Assembly (NCBI GenBank): GCA_049454295.1
Contig: JBMTYG010000001.1
Span: 17,454-81,453 of the forward strand
Direction: 5' to 3'
Length of the DNA stretch: 64,000 nt
From: Pseudomonadales bacterium
GTDB lineage: Bacteria; Pseudomonadota; Gammaproteobacteria; Pseudomonadales; Azotimanducaceae
Shown here piece after piece: positions 1 through 9,783 of this stretch. The stretch's first letter is position 1. Every line of letters begins with the position of its first letter. Below the pieces are notes generated by a model. It worked only from the letters and a program-made list of their open reading frames with translations, ran no database searches and was not told the DNA's origin. The position numbers were made by a program, and so were the translations under genes.

Positions 1-760
1 CGTTTTCCGCGGCGAGAAGGTGGCCGCCAAACACCACATCCTTGGTCGACTCCAGCGGACCGCTGCCGGCGTAGAGGTAGCCGCACAGCCCGCGCGCGCT
101 GGTCATGCGCACAAGATCGCGCCGGTAGTCGGACTTCGCGACAAGCTCGTTACTCGCCGACGGATTGAGGATCAGGTCGGCCCCCGCGAGGCAGAGGCGA
201 ATCCCGGGGGGTTCGGGTGCCCACAGGTCTTCGCAGAGCTCTATGCCGAATCGCGTCTGGCCGATATTGAAAAGCTGGTTTGCAGTGACGCGAAATGTGC
301 CAAGCACCGGGTCCGCGACTTCTTCCTCCACCCCCGCGCCGCTCGCAAACCAGCGCCGTTCGTAGAACTCATCGTGATTGGGCAGATGAATCTTCGGCAC
401 CACGCCCTGCACCCGCCCACGCGCAATGACGACCGCGGTATTGAGCAGGCGTCCGTCACGGGTCTGCCAGGGACAGCCGACGACCAGCGTGACCGATCGG
501 CTTGCGGTCGCGCGGGTCAGCTCTACGAGCGCTCGACGGACGGACTGGTGTAGGCCCGCCGAGAAGAACAAGTCCTCGCAGCTATAACCGGTGAGCGACA
601 GCTCGGGAAAGAGCACCAGGGCTGCACGGCGTTCGGCGAGCAGGTCGGCCCGCGCCAGCATGCGCTCCGCATTAGCCAACGGGTCGGCAAGCGCCAGCGC
701 CGGCGCCGAAGCGGCTACACGAATAAACCCGAGTTCACAGAAATCAATCGACGCGTCCAT
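1..760 (-). CDS. nadE: Glutamine-dependent NAD+ synthetase, N-terminal carbon-nitrogen hydrolase domain (5' part only; gene continues past the window start)
   Basis: Own minus-strand translation from ATG at 758-760: MDASIDFCELGFIRVAASAPALALADPLANAERML..LVLFPELSLTGYSCEDLF..NTAVVIARGRVQGVVPKIHLPNHDEFYERRWF..GIELCEDLW. This is collinear with the CN-hydrolase half of long-form NadE. It is absent from the ORF track because no stop lies inside the window. Track ORF 20..553(+) is its antisense shadow. Confidence 0.8.
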   Translation of the reverse strand, partial: MDASIDFCELGFIRVAASAPALALADPLANAERMLARADLLAERRAALVLFPELSLTGYSCEDLFFSAGLHQSVRRALVELTRATASRSVTLVVGCPWQTRDGRLLNTAVVIARGRVQGVVPKIHLPNHDEFYERRWFASGAGVEEEVADPVLGTFRVTANQLFNIGQTRFGIELCEDLWAPEPPGIRLCLAGADLILNPSASNELVAKSDYRRDLVRMTSARGLCGYLYAGSGPLESTKDVVFGGHLLAAEN

Positions 761-875
761 AGCGAGATTCTACTCGGGTTGCCAATGCCGCGGTCTCGCG
801 TTTTCCCGCCAAAGCCGCGAGAATCCCGTGCACAACTCTTTTTTTAACCATGAACCTGGCTTGAGAGGGGCACGC

Positions 876-1991
876 ATGAATTTCGAATTCTCTGAAGATC
901 AGAACCTGCTGCGAGAGCAGGCTCGTGGATTCCTCGCGGATCACTGCCCGACGACGGCAGTGCGCAAGGTGCTAAACGCAGAGGCCGGTCACGATGCAGA
1001 CCTCTGGCGCAAGGTTGTTGACATGGGCTGGACCGCGACGACCATCCCTGAAGAGTTCGGCGGCCTCGGGCTTGGGTACCTGGAACTCTGCGTCATCGCC
1101 GAGGAGCTCGGGCGCGCGGTTGCACCGATTCCGTTCTCCTCCTCGGTCTACCTTGCGACGGAGGCACTGCTCCTCGCAGGCTCTCAAGCGCAAAAAGAGA
1201 AGTGGCTGCCAAAACTCGCTGCGGGCGAGGTGATCGGCACCTTCGCCATGTCCGAGGGCGCTGGTCGCACCACAGCGAAGTCGCTCAAGACCCGCATTAA
1301 CGGCGGGCGCATCACCGGCACCAAAGTGCCCGTGCCGGATGCCGCGGTCGCAGGTATTGCGATCGTGCTCGCTGGGCATAGCGGCGGTGACGGCGGCACC
1401 CTGTGCTTGGTCGAGTTGGGACAAGGCACCACCATCACACCGGTCAAGACCGTCGATCCGAGTCGCGGCCATAGCGAGCTGCAGTTTGACGGCGCGGTCT
1501 GCGAAGTCCTCGGCCGAGAGGGCGAGGGGTTCGCGCTAACACAAACACTGCTTGATCGCGCCGCGGTTCCTTTCGCCTGGGAACAGGTCGGGGGCAGCGA
1601 AGCCGCGCTGGAACAAGCGCGCGCCTATGCGCTGGGACGCTACGCCTTCGGTCGCCCGATCGCTTCCTACCAGGCCATCAAGCACAAGCTCGCCAACATG
1701 TACGTCAAAAACACGCTGGCGCGCTCCAACTGCTACTACGGCGCCTGGGCGCTGAATGCGAACGCGCCGGAGCTTCCGATCGCGGCAGCCACCGCACGGG
1801 TCTCTGCCACTCAGGCGTACTACTTTGCTTCCAAGGAAAATATCCAGACCCACGGTGGCATGGGCTACACGTGGGAATTCGACTGCCAGTTCTATTATCG
1901 CCGTGCCAAGCTCTTGTCCGTTGCCATCGGCAGCGAGGCGCTGTGGCAGGACCGGCTCATCACCGCCATCGAACATAACACCGCCGCTTGA
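876..1991 (+). CDS. Acyl-CoA dehydrogenase family protein
   Basis: Track ORF 591..1991 trimmed to the internal ATG at 876 (MNFEFSEDQNLLREQARGFLADH, a typical ACAD N-terminus). The upstream 95 codons are Ser/Ala/Arg-rich and overlap the nadE 5' end and promoter region. The C-terminal GGMGYTWEFDCQFYYRRAK is ACAD-like. Confidence 0.85.
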   Translation: MNFEFSEDQNLLREQARGFLADHCPTTAVRKVLNAEAGHDADLWRKVVDMGWTATTIPEEFGGLGLGYLELCVIAEELGRAVAPIPFSSSVYLATEALLLAGSQAQKEKWLPKLAAGEVIGTFAMSEGAGRTTAKSLKTRINGGRITGTKVPVPDAAVAGIAIVLAGHSGGDGGTLCLVELGQGTTITPVKTVDPSRGHSELQFDGAVCEVLGREGEGFALTQTLLDRAAVPFAWEQVGGSEAALEQARAYALGRYAFGRPIASYQAIKHKLANMYVKNTLARSNCYYGAWALNANAPELPIAAATARVSATQAYYFASKENIQTHGGMGYTWEFDCQFYYRRAKLLSVAIGSEALWQDRLITAIEHNTAA

Positions 1992-2015
1992 AGCGCGAAC
2001 CACGAGGAGTACAGC

Positions 2016-3233
2016 ATGGATTTCAGCGATTCCCCGAAAGAAGCCGCATTCCGCGCAGAAGCGAGAGCCTGGCTTTCTGGCAACGTCCCGACAGCCGCGG
2101 AACTCGCCGGGCTCGACCCTATTGCCGCTGCCAAGCTGTGGCAGAAGCGCAAGTACGACGCGGGCTGGGCCTGCATCACCTGGCCGAAGGAATTCGGCGG
2201 CCGTGGCGCGTCAGCCATCGAGCAGGTGATCTGGAATCAGGAAGAGTCAAAGTTTCCGGGCCTGCCGGGCGGTGTGTTCAGCATTGGCCAGGGTATGGCG
2301 GCGCCAACGCTCATGACCTGGGCAAATGACGCGGACAAGGCTCGCTTCGTTCCCAAGCTTGCGAGCGGCGAGGAAATCTGGTGTCAGCTGTTCTCCGAGC
2401 CCGCCGGTGGTTCCGACCTTGCCGCGCTGCGCACGCGTGCGGTGAAAGACGGCGATGAATGGGTGATCAACGGCCAGAAAATCTGGACATCGGGCGCTCA
2501 CTACTCGGACTGGGCGATTCTCGTCGTGCGCACCGACCCCTCGGTGCCGAAGCACAAGGGCCTGACGTACTTCTATATCAACATGAAGTCCCCCGGCGTC
2601 GAAGTGAAGCCGATCAAGCAGATCTCAGGGGAGGCACACTTCAATGAGGTGTACTTCACCGATGTACGCGTGCCCGACAGCCAGCGCCTCGGGGCGGTCG
2701 GTCAGGGCTGGCAGGTCTCGCTGACCACGCTCATGAACGAGCGCGCGTCGATCGGCGCGGGCGGCTCGGCAGTGGGCTTCGACTCCGTGTTCAAGCTCGC
2801 GCGCAAGGTGGAGATCGACGATCGCCCGGCCATCGAGAATGCCTCGGTGCGCGCCAAGCTCGCGGACTGGTACTGCCAGGAATCCGGGCTTCGCTACACC
2901 GCCTACCGTACCCTGACGGCACTGTCCCGCGGGGCAATTCCTGGGCCTGAGAACTCCATCGGCAAGCTTGTCGGCGCGCCCAAGACACAGGACATGGCGT
3001 CCTTCGCCATGGATCTGTTGGAGCAAGCGGGCGCTATTCGCGATGAGTCGCTGTCCGAAGAGATGGCGCTGTTCCAGAACACGTACATGAGCATCCCGGG
3101 CCTGCGCATTGCCGGCGGCACGGACGAAATCATGGCGAACATCATCGCGGAGCGGGTGCTCGGCCTGCCTCAGGACGTGCGCGTGGACAAAGGCATTCCG
3201 TTCAGCGAGGTGCCAACCGGCGGCGCCAAGTAA
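2016..3233 (+). CDS. Acyl-CoA dehydrogenase family protein (second of a tandem pair)
   Basis: 405 aa. Starts MDFSDSPKEAAFRAEARAWL, has WCQLFSEPAGGSDLAALRTRA (the FAD/substrate loop typical of ACADs) and ends RIAGGTDEIMANIIAERVLGLP. Lies 24 nt downstream of the previous ACAD. Confidence 0.85.
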   Translation: MDFSDSPKEAAFRAEARAWLSGNVPTAAELAGLDPIAAAKLWQKRKYDAGWACITWPKEFGGRGASAIEQVIWNQEESKFPGLPGGVFSIGQGMAAPTLMTWANDADKARFVPKLASGEEIWCQLFSEPAGGSDLAALRTRAVKDGDEWVINGQKIWTSGAHYSDWAILVVRTDPSVPKHKGLTYFYINMKSPGVEVKPIKQISGEAHFNEVYFTDVRVPDSQRLGAVGQGWQVSLTTLMNERASIGAGGSAVGFDSVFKLARKVEIDDRPAIENASVRAKLADWYCQESGLRYTAYRTLTALSRGAIPGPENSIGKLVGAPKTQDMASFAMDLLEQAGAIRDESLSEEMALFQNTYMSIPGLRIAGGTDEIMANIIAERVLGLPQDVRVDKGIPFSEVPTGGAK

Positions 3234-3251
3234 GGCCAAGCCTCCCCAGAG

Positions 3252-3283
3252 ACCCGCGACCCGGTTTGCCCGGTCGCGGGTTT
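3252..3283 (+). terminator. GC-rich hairpin plus short T run between convergent genes (ACAD operon / ppx)
   Basis: acccgcgacc (3252-3261) pairs with ggtcgcgggt (3272-3281), and the inner gg/cc pair around a tttgc loop. Followed by ttt. Sits directly after the stop at 3233 and abuts the ppx stop codon at 3283-3285. Confidence 0.55.
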
Positions 3284-4881
3284 CATCGATCGACTACGTC
3301 GAACCGAATGCCCGAGGTCGCGAGCTGAGACGACTCGAGGGCCAATTCTGCGGCTGACAGTTGGTGTGATTCGCGCCACCCCTTTGGCAATACCAGCCGA
3401 AGCCAGTCCAACCCCCCTTCCGAGCCCGCCTGCAGTTCCGCTCGCGGACGAGCAACCAAACGTCCGCCCGCTATCGCGCTCCCGTTCATTGCAACGCCTG
3501 CGCTCACCAACGGCGCGGAACCCTCAACCCGTGCGCGCTCAAGAATCACCGCGAGCCGCAAAAGGGCCGTCAGCCGCCGCAGGATGAGGCGTTCCTGCGG
3601 CGGAAACCCCGCATGCGCGAGCCCTGGCAAAACCCGACGATGAGCTCGCACGAGCCCCGTGACAGCGTCCTGCTCGCGCCGACTGAAGCCAGGCATATCG
3701 GCATGACGCAGCACATACGCCGCATGCCGTTGATGACCGCGGGGGCCGACCGCAAGACCGACCTCATGCAGCGCCGCTGCGGTTCGCAGCAGGTCGCGCC
3801 AATCGGGTTGCGAGGGCAACCCGATCAGCGACCAGGGACTCGCCACCGCGTCGAAGCATGCAAGCGCGGTGGACTGCACTCGCGTCGCCTGGGTCTGATC
3901 CACCCGGAAATCGTGCTGCAAACCGCGGACCGTCAGCTCTCGCGGGTCGTTGCCGATACCCGATCCGTGCACCATCTCGTCGAGCACGCCATCCTCGAGC
4001 GCAGCGCCTACAAAGCGCATGGCGCGCAGGTCATAGCGTCGAAATATCATGTCGAGCAGTGCGACACCGGCAGGGAAGATATCAACCCGCTCTGGGGCGA
4101 GTCCGAGCATGCCCGACTCAGCGTCCCAGCGCCCTTCGAACAGCCCGCCCACCAATCGGTCGAGTCCATCCCTGGTGATGAGATCCTCTCCCCAGCCGTT
4201 CGCTGCCAGTACGGTCTGGACAGACTCAACCGTGCCCGAGGTCCCGATCACGTCGGCTGCCCGCTCCAGATCAGGCAGCGACTCCAGCGTCTTGGCCAAA
4301 TGCGCGCGCGCGGCCTCGAATCCCACCTGCACCGAGCGCGCGTCGAAAAACCCCTCGGTGAGCGATACACAACCCACCGGAGCGGACGCCAGACGCTGCG
4401 GCGCATAGCCGTCGCCCCAGGCGAACTCGGCACTGCCGCCGCCCAGATCCACCACCAGCCGACTGCGTTCGGGCCGAATCGGATCACGTCGACCCACACC
4501 GCGATAAATCAGCGCCGCTTCTTCTGCGCCGGACAACACGCGAACGGGAACGCCAAGTACATCCCGAGCAATGCTTAGCACAGGCTCAGGATCAATCGTC
4601 GTGCGCAGCGCATGCGTTCCCACAACCGCGATTCGAGAACGATCAAACGCCCGCAGTCGTTGTGCAAACCGCCCGAGACAGACTTCCGTGCGCGCGACTG
4701 ACGTCGGGTGCAGATTTCCGCCGCGCAGACCACGGGCCAGCTGGACTTTGTCCTTGATTCGTTCGATCACGCGAAGTCGAATGCCGTGAGCATCCGACTC
4801 TCCCTGTGCCACCAGCAAACGAACGCTGTTGGAGCCAAGATCCACGACCGCATACTGCTCACTCAAACCCAATCTCCCCAT
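3283..4881 (-). CDS. ppx: Exopolyphosphatase / guanosine pentaphosphate phosphohydrolase (Ppx/GppA family with C-terminal HD domain)
   Basis: 532 aa. N-terminus YAVVDLGSNSVRLLVAQ, then LVVDLGGGSAEF and IGTSGT (ASKHA-fold phosphate motifs). C-terminal LHEVGLAVGPRGHQRHAAYVLRHADMPGFSRREQ matches the HD region. I cannot separate Ppx from GppA by eye. Confidence 0.8.
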   Translation of the reverse strand: MGRLGLSEQYAVVDLGSNSVRLLVAQGESDAHGIRLRVIERIKDKVQLARGLRGGNLHPTSVARTEVCLGRFAQRLRAFDRSRIAVVGTHALRTTIDPEPVLSIARDVLGVPVRVLSGAEEAALIYRGVGRRDPIRPERSRLVVDLGGGSAEFAWGDGYAPQRLASAPVGCVSLTEGFFDARSVQVGFEAARAHLAKTLESLPDLERAADVIGTSGTVESVQTVLAANGWGEDLITRDGLDRLVGGLFEGRWDAESGMLGLAPERVDIFPAGVALLDMIFRRYDLRAMRFVGAALEDGVLDEMVHGSGIGNDPRELTVRGLQHDFRVDQTQATRVQSTALACFDAVASPWSLIGLPSQPDWRDLLRTAAALHEVGLAVGPRGHQRHAAYVLRHADMPGFSRREQDAVTGLVRAHRRVLPGLAHAGFPPQERLILRRLTALLRLAVILERARVEGSAPLVSAGVAMNGSAIAGGRLVARPRAELQAGSEGGLDWLRLVLPKGWRESHQLSAAELALESSQLATSGIRFDVVDR

Positions 4882-4977
4882 TGACCGTCGCCGACCGAAA
4901 GCTGTCCCCGAGTTGTCCCTACGCTGCCGCCATGCGCCGCCATGCTACACTTGCCGCACCGTCATCCGGAGATTGCC

Positions 4978-5304
4978 ATGGGTGCCAACATCGTCCATAC
5001 CACCGACGCTGATTTTGAGCAGGACGTGCTCAAGTCCGACAAACCAGTCCTGGTCGACTATTGGGCCGAATGGTGCGGCCCCTGCAAGATGATCGCGCCG
5101 ATCCTCGACGATATCGCGAAGGAATACGGCGATCGCGTCAAGGTCTGCAAGCTCGACATCGACGCCAATCCGGGCGTTCCGCCGCGCTACAACATTCGCG
5201 GCATTCCGACGCTCATGCTGTTCAAGAACGGCGCCGTTGAGGCGACCAAGGTCGGCGCGCTTTCTCGATCGCAGCTGGCTGCGTTCCTCGACAGCCACAT
5301 CTAG
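4978..5304 (+). CDS. trxA: Thioredoxin
   Basis: WAEWCGPCK active site. Trimmed from track ORF 4942 to ATG 4978, giving the canonical 108 aa. Immediately upstream of rho, as in other gammaproteobacteria. Confidence 0.95.
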   Translation: MGANIVHTTDADFEQDVLKSDKPVLVDYWAEWCGPCKMIAPILDDIAKEYGDRVKVCKLDIDANPGVPPRYNIRGIPTLMLFKNGAVEATKVGALSRSQLAAFLDSHI

Positions 5305-5327
5305 CGTCGAGCGCCGATGCAACCACT

Positions 5328-5360
5328 GCAGCTGCTTGCGCGTGACTCGCAAGCAGCTGC
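5328..5360 (+). terminator. Perfect 13-bp stem-loop downstream of trxA (no U tract)
   Basis: gcagctgcttgcg (5328-5340), loop cgtgact, cgcaagcagctgc (5348-5360). Lies 24 nt after the trxA stop. It lacks a T run, so it may be a Rho-dependent or processing site rather than a classical intrinsic terminator. Confidence 0.5.
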
Positions 5361-5549
5361 GGCTTGACGGCATCTCATCACGCTACTAATCTCTGAACAA
5401 TCTGGCAGTTCCGCTGTCAGCCCGCCACGGGTTCCTGGACTCTACCCCCCATCTCGCTTGCGCCGACTCGTTGTCGCACTCGCGATATGCATGCCCCGTC
5501 GGTCGCATACGTCCGCTAACAACTCCTCCCAACTGGTCACTTAAACCTT
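5361..5549 (+). promoter_or_regulatory. rho leader region with C-rich/G-poor (rut-like) tracts
   Basis: In an otherwise G+C-balanced genome, this untranslated stretch has C>G runs: catctcatcacgctactaatctctgaacaatc, ctctaccccccatctcgcttgc, aacaactcctcccaactggtcacttaaacctt. rho is known to be autoregulated by attenuation in its leader in E. coli. Confidence 0.4.
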
Positions 5550-6809
5550 ATGAATCTGACAGATCTGAAGCGCAAGCCCGTCGGGGACCTGATCGACATG
5601 GCCCGGGAAATGGGCCTGGAAAACACCGCGCGCTCGCGCAAACAGGAAGTCATCGCCGCCATCGTGCGCAAGCTCGCGAAGGATGGGGAAGACATTTATG
5701 GCGAAGGCGCGCTTGAGATTCTGCAGGACGGCTTCGGTTTTCTGCGCTCACCGGACAGCTCTTACCTGGCTGGACCCGATGACATCTACGTATCGCCCAG
5801 CCAGATCCGCCGCTTCAACCTGCGCACCGGCGACAGCATTTCCGGCAAGATCCGCCCACCGAAAGACGGGGAACGCTACTTCGCGCTGCTGAAGGTCGAT
5901 GACATCAACTTCAGCGACCCAGGCACCAAAAAGAACAAGATCCTGTTCGAGAACCTCACGCCGCTCTTCCCCAATCGCCGGCTCAGGCTTGAGCGCGGCA
6001 ACGGCAGCACTGAGGATCTCTCTGCCCGCGTGGTCGATCTCATTGCCCCGATCGGCAAGGGTCAGCGAGCGCTGATCGTATCGCCGCCGAAAGCAGGCAA
6101 GACGCTCATGCTGCAAAACATCGCCCAATCCATCGTGGCGAACAATCCCGACGTGGTGCTGATCGTGCTGCTCATCGACGAGCGTCCGGAGGAAGTCACC
6201 GATATGCAGCGCTCGGTGCGCGGCGAGGTCGTCGCCAGCACCTTCGACGAGCCCCCGTCTCGGCACGTGCAGGTGGCTGAAATGGTGATCGAGAAGGCCA
6301 AGCGCCTCGTAGAACACCAGAAGGACGTCGTTATCCTGCTCGACTCAATCACCCGTCTGGCGCGGGCCTACAACACCATCGTGCCATCTTCAGGCAAGGT
6401 GCTGACTGGCGGCGTGGACGCGAATGCGCTTGAACGGCCGAAGCGGTTTTTCGGCGCAGCGCGCAACATCGAGGAGGGCGGCAGCCTGACCATCGTCGCG
6501 ACCGCGCTCATCGACACCGGCTCGAAGATGGACGAGGTCATCTACGAAGAATTCAAGGGCACCGGCAACATGGAACTGCATCTCGAGCGCAAGATCGCCG
6601 AGAAGCGCGTGTACCCCGCCATCAATATCCGTCGCTCGGCAACCCGCCGCGAAGAGTTGCTGATGACCGAAGAGGAACTCCAGCGCGTGTGGATCCTGCG
6701 CAAACTCCTGCATGAAATGGACGACGTCGCCGCCATCGAATTCCTGATCGACAAACTGCGCACGACGAAGACCAACGACGAGTTCTTCGCCTCAATGCGG
6801 GGGCGGTGA
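5550..6809 (+). CDS. rho: Transcription termination factor Rho
   Basis: 419 aa. [25 protein letters not shown] (N-terminal insertion/RNA-binding domain), Walker [35 protein letters not shown]. Confidence 0.98.
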   Translation: MNLTDLKRKPVGDLIDMAREMGLENTARSRKQEVIAAIVRKLAKDGEDIYGEGALEILQDGFGFLRSPDSSYLAGPDDIYVSPSQIRRFNLRTGDSISGKIRPPKDGERYFALLKVDDINFSDPGTKKNKILFENLTPLFPNRRLRLERGNGSTEDLSARVVDLIAPIGKGQRALIVSPPKAGKTLMLQNIAQSIVANNPDVVLIVLLIDERPEEVTDMQRSVRGEVVASTFDEPPSRHVQVAEMVIEKAKRLVEHQKDVVILLDSITRLARAYNTIVPSSGKVLTGGVDANALERPKRFFGAARNIEEGGSLTIVATALIDTGSKMDEVIYEEFKGTGNMELHLERKIAEKRVYPAINIRRSATRREELLMTEEELQRVWILRKLLHEMDDVAAIEFLIDKLRTTKTNDEFFASMRGR

Positions 6810-6816
6810 AAGGGCG

Positions 6817-7542
6817 GTGACGGGCGCACTCTATCGCTGCCCAATCATTCGTTGTGTCCCGCTCTCAAACGCCCGGGCGCACGCGCAACCCGTGCAGGAG
6901 ATCGTGCTCGAAGCCCCACCCGGCTTCAGTTTTCGCGCCGGCCAATATACGCAGGTCGAACACCTGGAGGGACTGATACCGCTGTCCATCGCGAGCGGAC
7001 CCCGACGGCTGCCGACAGTCACCCTGCACTACCGCTCGCTGCCGGGCGTTCCCGCCGCCCGCTGGATGGACGAACTGCTCGCTGCAGGCGAACCGCTGTT
7101 GCTGCATGCGCCCGCCGGCGACGTTCAAATGCCAGACGATTCTCGACAGCCGATCGTGATGATCGTCGGCGGCACCGGCATCACCCAAGCATTAGCCGTT
7201 CTGGACGAGCTTGCCGACGTGTCCGAACGGGCGCCCGTCGACCTGCTGTGGTGTGCGGACAGCGCCGACGACTTCTACTGCCGCCACGCGCTCGACGCCC
7301 TCGCTGCGTCGTGGCTACGCGTGCGCTACACCGTCGACCCACGCCGCACGCCGGACAACAGCGCTTTCGAACAGGCGCGCAATCTGCTGTCCAGCTCAAG
7401 AACCGCCGCCCCATGGATTCTGCTCGGCGGAAGTCCGAGCTTCGTTTACGCCATGGACGAAGCGCTGGCGACTGTCACACGAACGCCGCGCCATGCCGAT
7501 GCCTTCAGCTGGGCACCGCGACCGACCCAGCAGGATCTCTGA
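6817..7542 (+). CDS. FNR-type FAD/NAD(P)-binding oxidoreductase (Fre-like flavin reductase family)
   Basis: 241 aa, GTG start. FRAGQYTQV, IPLSIAS (in place of RxYS) and MIVGGTGITQALAVL (NAD(P)-binding GGxGxxP-like). No Fe-S cysteine cluster. Confidence 0.6.
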   Translation: MTGALYRCPIIRCVPLSNARAHAQPVQEIVLEAPPGFSFRAGQYTQVEHLEGLIPLSIASGPRRLPTVTLHYRSLPGVPAARWMDELLAAGEPLLLHAPAGDVQMPDDSRQPIVMIVGGTGITQALAVLDELADVSERAPVDLLWCADSADDFYCRHALDALAASWLRVRYTVDPRRTPDNSAFEQARNLLSSSRTAAPWILLGGSPSFVYAMDEALATVTRTPRHADAFSWAPRPTQQDL

Positions 7543-7552
7543 AACACTTGCG

Positions 7553-8734
7553 TCAGATCGGGCCCGTTCGGGGCAGCGGCAGGTCCGGCAGTGCCCCTGC
7601 CGCGTTGACCATCAGCTCGATCCCCCGCGCGTCGCCCAACGCATGGATCAGACGACCCAGTTCCGCCTGAGCGACGGGACCCGCGTTGCGCCGGACCGCC
7701 ATTTCCAGATGCTCCCGCGCCTCCGCCCAGCGCCCGGCTCGCAATGCCAGCCGACCGAGGGTGAGGAATAACGCCGGCTCGTCAGCGTGCTTTTCAACCC
7801 AGCCTTCCGCCCGCTTCAGCGTGCGCAGAGGGTCTGGCACTGGAATCTCGCCGAGCGCTGCAACGAGTGCCACCGACCAGTGATGCGACAGCGCCTCCTG
7901 AACGACCGACTCCGCGCGATCCGGATGCTCACGCCCTGCGCGCCGGACGTAGTCCAGCACCAGCTCGGTCCGCGAACGCAGATCTTTCGTTAGGCTCTGC
8001 CAGCGCGATTCGAGGCCTTCGCCGGACAGTTGCGCAAGCTCACCGCGCACGCTCGCAACCTGCAGCTGATCGATTTCCGCCTCACCCCGGGGGCGCGCCT
8101 GCCGCAGTGCGGGCAAGAGCGTCGCGAACGCCGCGCTGTCTCCCATGCCCACCGCCGCGCGGGCACAGAGCCAGAGAGCCTCTCTGTGCGGCGGCGAGCG
8201 CTCGGCTAGCGGTCGCACGAGGGACGCCACCGCTCCCCACTCGCCGCGGTCAGCCTGCTGCCGCGCGAGCGCAAAGGCGGCGGCGTCCGCATCCTGTTGC
8301 GTCGCCTGCTCGATCAGGCGTGCCTCCGCCGCGCCGTCCTCACCCAGTCGGGCGGCCAGTGCAGCGCCAAGCCAGGGCAACGGACCACTACGCTTGCCGG
8401 CTGCGCCCTCAAAACGGGCGCGGGCTTCGCGCCAGTCACCCTGCACCAGGGCTGCAAGCCCGCCCTGCATGAGTCCGATCGTCCTGTTTCTGCGGCGTTC
8501 CGCCTGCCAGCGCAGGATCCCTCGCGGACCGCGACGCAACCCACCCAGCACGAACAACAGCGCGCGCAGACCCACATAGGCGGATGCGAGCAAGACAAGC
8601 GCCACCCAGAGCCCCGTTTCCAGCGCGCGATTGCCATAGACGACGAGCACATAGCCCGGATCGCGGGCAACGAGAATCCCGACCAGCGCGCCAATGACGA
8701 GCAGGACCAGGAGTTTCAACAGACGCACACTCAT
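7553..8734 (-). CDS. hemY: HemY-like haem-biosynthesis-associated TPR membrane protein
   Basis: 393 aa. N-terminal TM plus DPGYVLVVYGNRALETGLWVALVLL (HemY_N signature), Ala/Leu-rich TPR body. Last gene of a hemC-D-X-Y string. Confidence 0.85.
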   Translation of the reverse strand: MSVRLLKLLVLLVIGALVGILVARDPGYVLVVYGNRALETGLWVALVLLASAYVGLRALLFVLGGLRRGPRGILRWQAERRRNRTIGLMQGGLAALVQGDWREARARFEGAAGKRSGPLPWLGAALAARLGEDGAAEARLIEQATQQDADAAAFALARQQADRGEWGAVASLVRPLAERSPPHREALWLCARAAVGMGDSAAFATLLPALRQARPRGEAEIDQLQVASVRGELAQLSGEGLESRWQSLTKDLRSRTELVLDYVRRAGREHPDRAESVVQEALSHHWSVALVAALGEIPVPDPLRTLKRAEGWVEKHADEPALFLTLGRLALRAGRWAEAREHLEMAVRRNAGPVAQAELGRLIHALGDARGIELMVNAAGALPDLPLPRTGPI

Positions 8735-9783
8735 GGCGCGGCGCTCAGAACCGCGTCGAGTGCCACCAGCGACGCTGATAGATCCGGTAGCGGCGCGGAG
8801 AGCTCCACCGGCGCAACCGCAGCCAATCCCTCACTCAGGCGCTGCACCTTGACGTCGGCGGAGTCGAAATAGCGCTCCACCCAATCACGCGCCTCGCCGA
8901 TGCTGCTATCGAAAATCGGCTGCTCACGACGCAGCGCCGCGAGCTGCGCCCGTTCGAGCATCAGCCGCAGGTTGAGTTCAAGATAAAGCGCTTCCTCAGG
9001 CAGCAGGAGCGCCTGCGCGGGGGTATCCAGTCGCCGAAATCTGACCAGGTCCGACACCGCCGCCCAAAGCGCGGCCAGAGTTCCGTCCATGATCGGTCGA
9101 CCCGGGTCCGCGGCAGCTTCGAACGCCGGGGCACGCGGCTCGATGCCATCAAGATCGCGCTTGATTGCCTCGAGCGCGAGGAACAGTCCCTCGACATCTG
9201 CGCCAGGTAGCGCTTCCAACGCAAGCCGCTCCTCCGCGATATACGCCCGCACCGGCGTGAATCGCGGGTCGTCGAGGCGTGCCAGACTGTCATCGGCTGC
9301 GCTAAGCAGCAGCATCGCTCCGCGGATATCACGCTCGAGCTGCAGGCGATGGTTGGCCATGCGCAGCAAATAGCGGATCTCGGCCAGGTGCCAGGCAGCC
9401 GGCGCTGTCGCACCCATCATCGGGGGAACTCGATCCCCCGCGGCGCTGTCAGGAACCGCAGACCCCGGGAGGGCGTCCTCGATGCGTTCCTCGGTGCGTT
9501 GTCGTTCCGCCAGGACAACGCTGTCGAGTTCCGCCGCCTGCGCAGCAAGACGTCGATCCAAAGCGCGAACGCTGGTTTCCAGCTCCGCCATCCGCAGACT
9601 GAGCGGGCTTGGCTCGTAAACGATCCGCCAGTACAGCATCCCCGCTACGGCGAGAGCGGCAAGCGCGACTAACAGCGCGAAGAGCGCGATCCCGCGTCCG
9701 CGCGGTTTGTCCCGAACCGGCGTATTCCCTGCCGGCGCGGGCTTGGTCGATTGAGTCGATGACTGTTCACTCGCTGCCTGCAT
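8731..9783 (-). CDS. hemX: HemX-like protein (uroporphyrinogen-III C-methyltransferase-like membrane protein)
   Basis: 350 aa. Polar N-terminus, one TM (IALFALLVALAALAVAGMLYW) and a coiled-coil periplasmic body. 4-nt overlap with hemY, 17-nt overlap with hemD. Confidence 0.8.
   Translation of the reverse strand: MQAASEQSSTQSTKPAPAGNTPVRDKPRGRGIALFALLVALAALAVAGMLYWRIVYEPSPLSLRMAELETSVRALDRRLAAQAAELDSVVLAERQRTEERIEDALPGSAVPDSAAGDRVPPMMGATAPAAWHLAEIRYLLRMANHRLQLERDIRGAMLLLSAADDSLARLDDPRFTPVRAYIAEERLALEALPGADVEGLFLALEAIKRDLDGIEPRAPAFEAAADPGRPIMDGTLAALWAAVSDLVRFRRLDTPAQALLLPEEALYLELNLRLMLERAQLAALRREQPIFDSSIGEARDWVERYFDSADVKVQRLSEGLAAVAPVELSAPLPDLSASLVALDAVLSAAP

Noticed and set aside
20-553. 177-aa + strand ORF at the window start
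   Set aside because: It is antisense to a much better minus-strand reading (NadE CN-hydrolase domain with ELxxxGY, CEDLW motifs). The + ORF has no recognisable motifs and an Arg/Ala-rich GC-shadow composition.
591-875. 95-codon N-terminal extension of the first acyl-CoA dehydrogenase ORF
   Set aside because: The extension is a Ser/Ala/Arg low-complexity sequence overlapping the nadE 5' end. The typical ACAD N-terminus begins at the internal ATG 876.
3613-4578. 321-aa + ORF
   Set aside because: It is antisense to the Ppx/GppA gene, with GC-shadow composition.
6852-7670. 272-aa Arg-rich + ORF in an alternative frame of the Fre-like gene
   Set aside because: Its extreme Arg/Pro/Ala content is typical of an off-frame reading of GC-rich DNA. 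The 6817 frame carries the FNR-family motifs.
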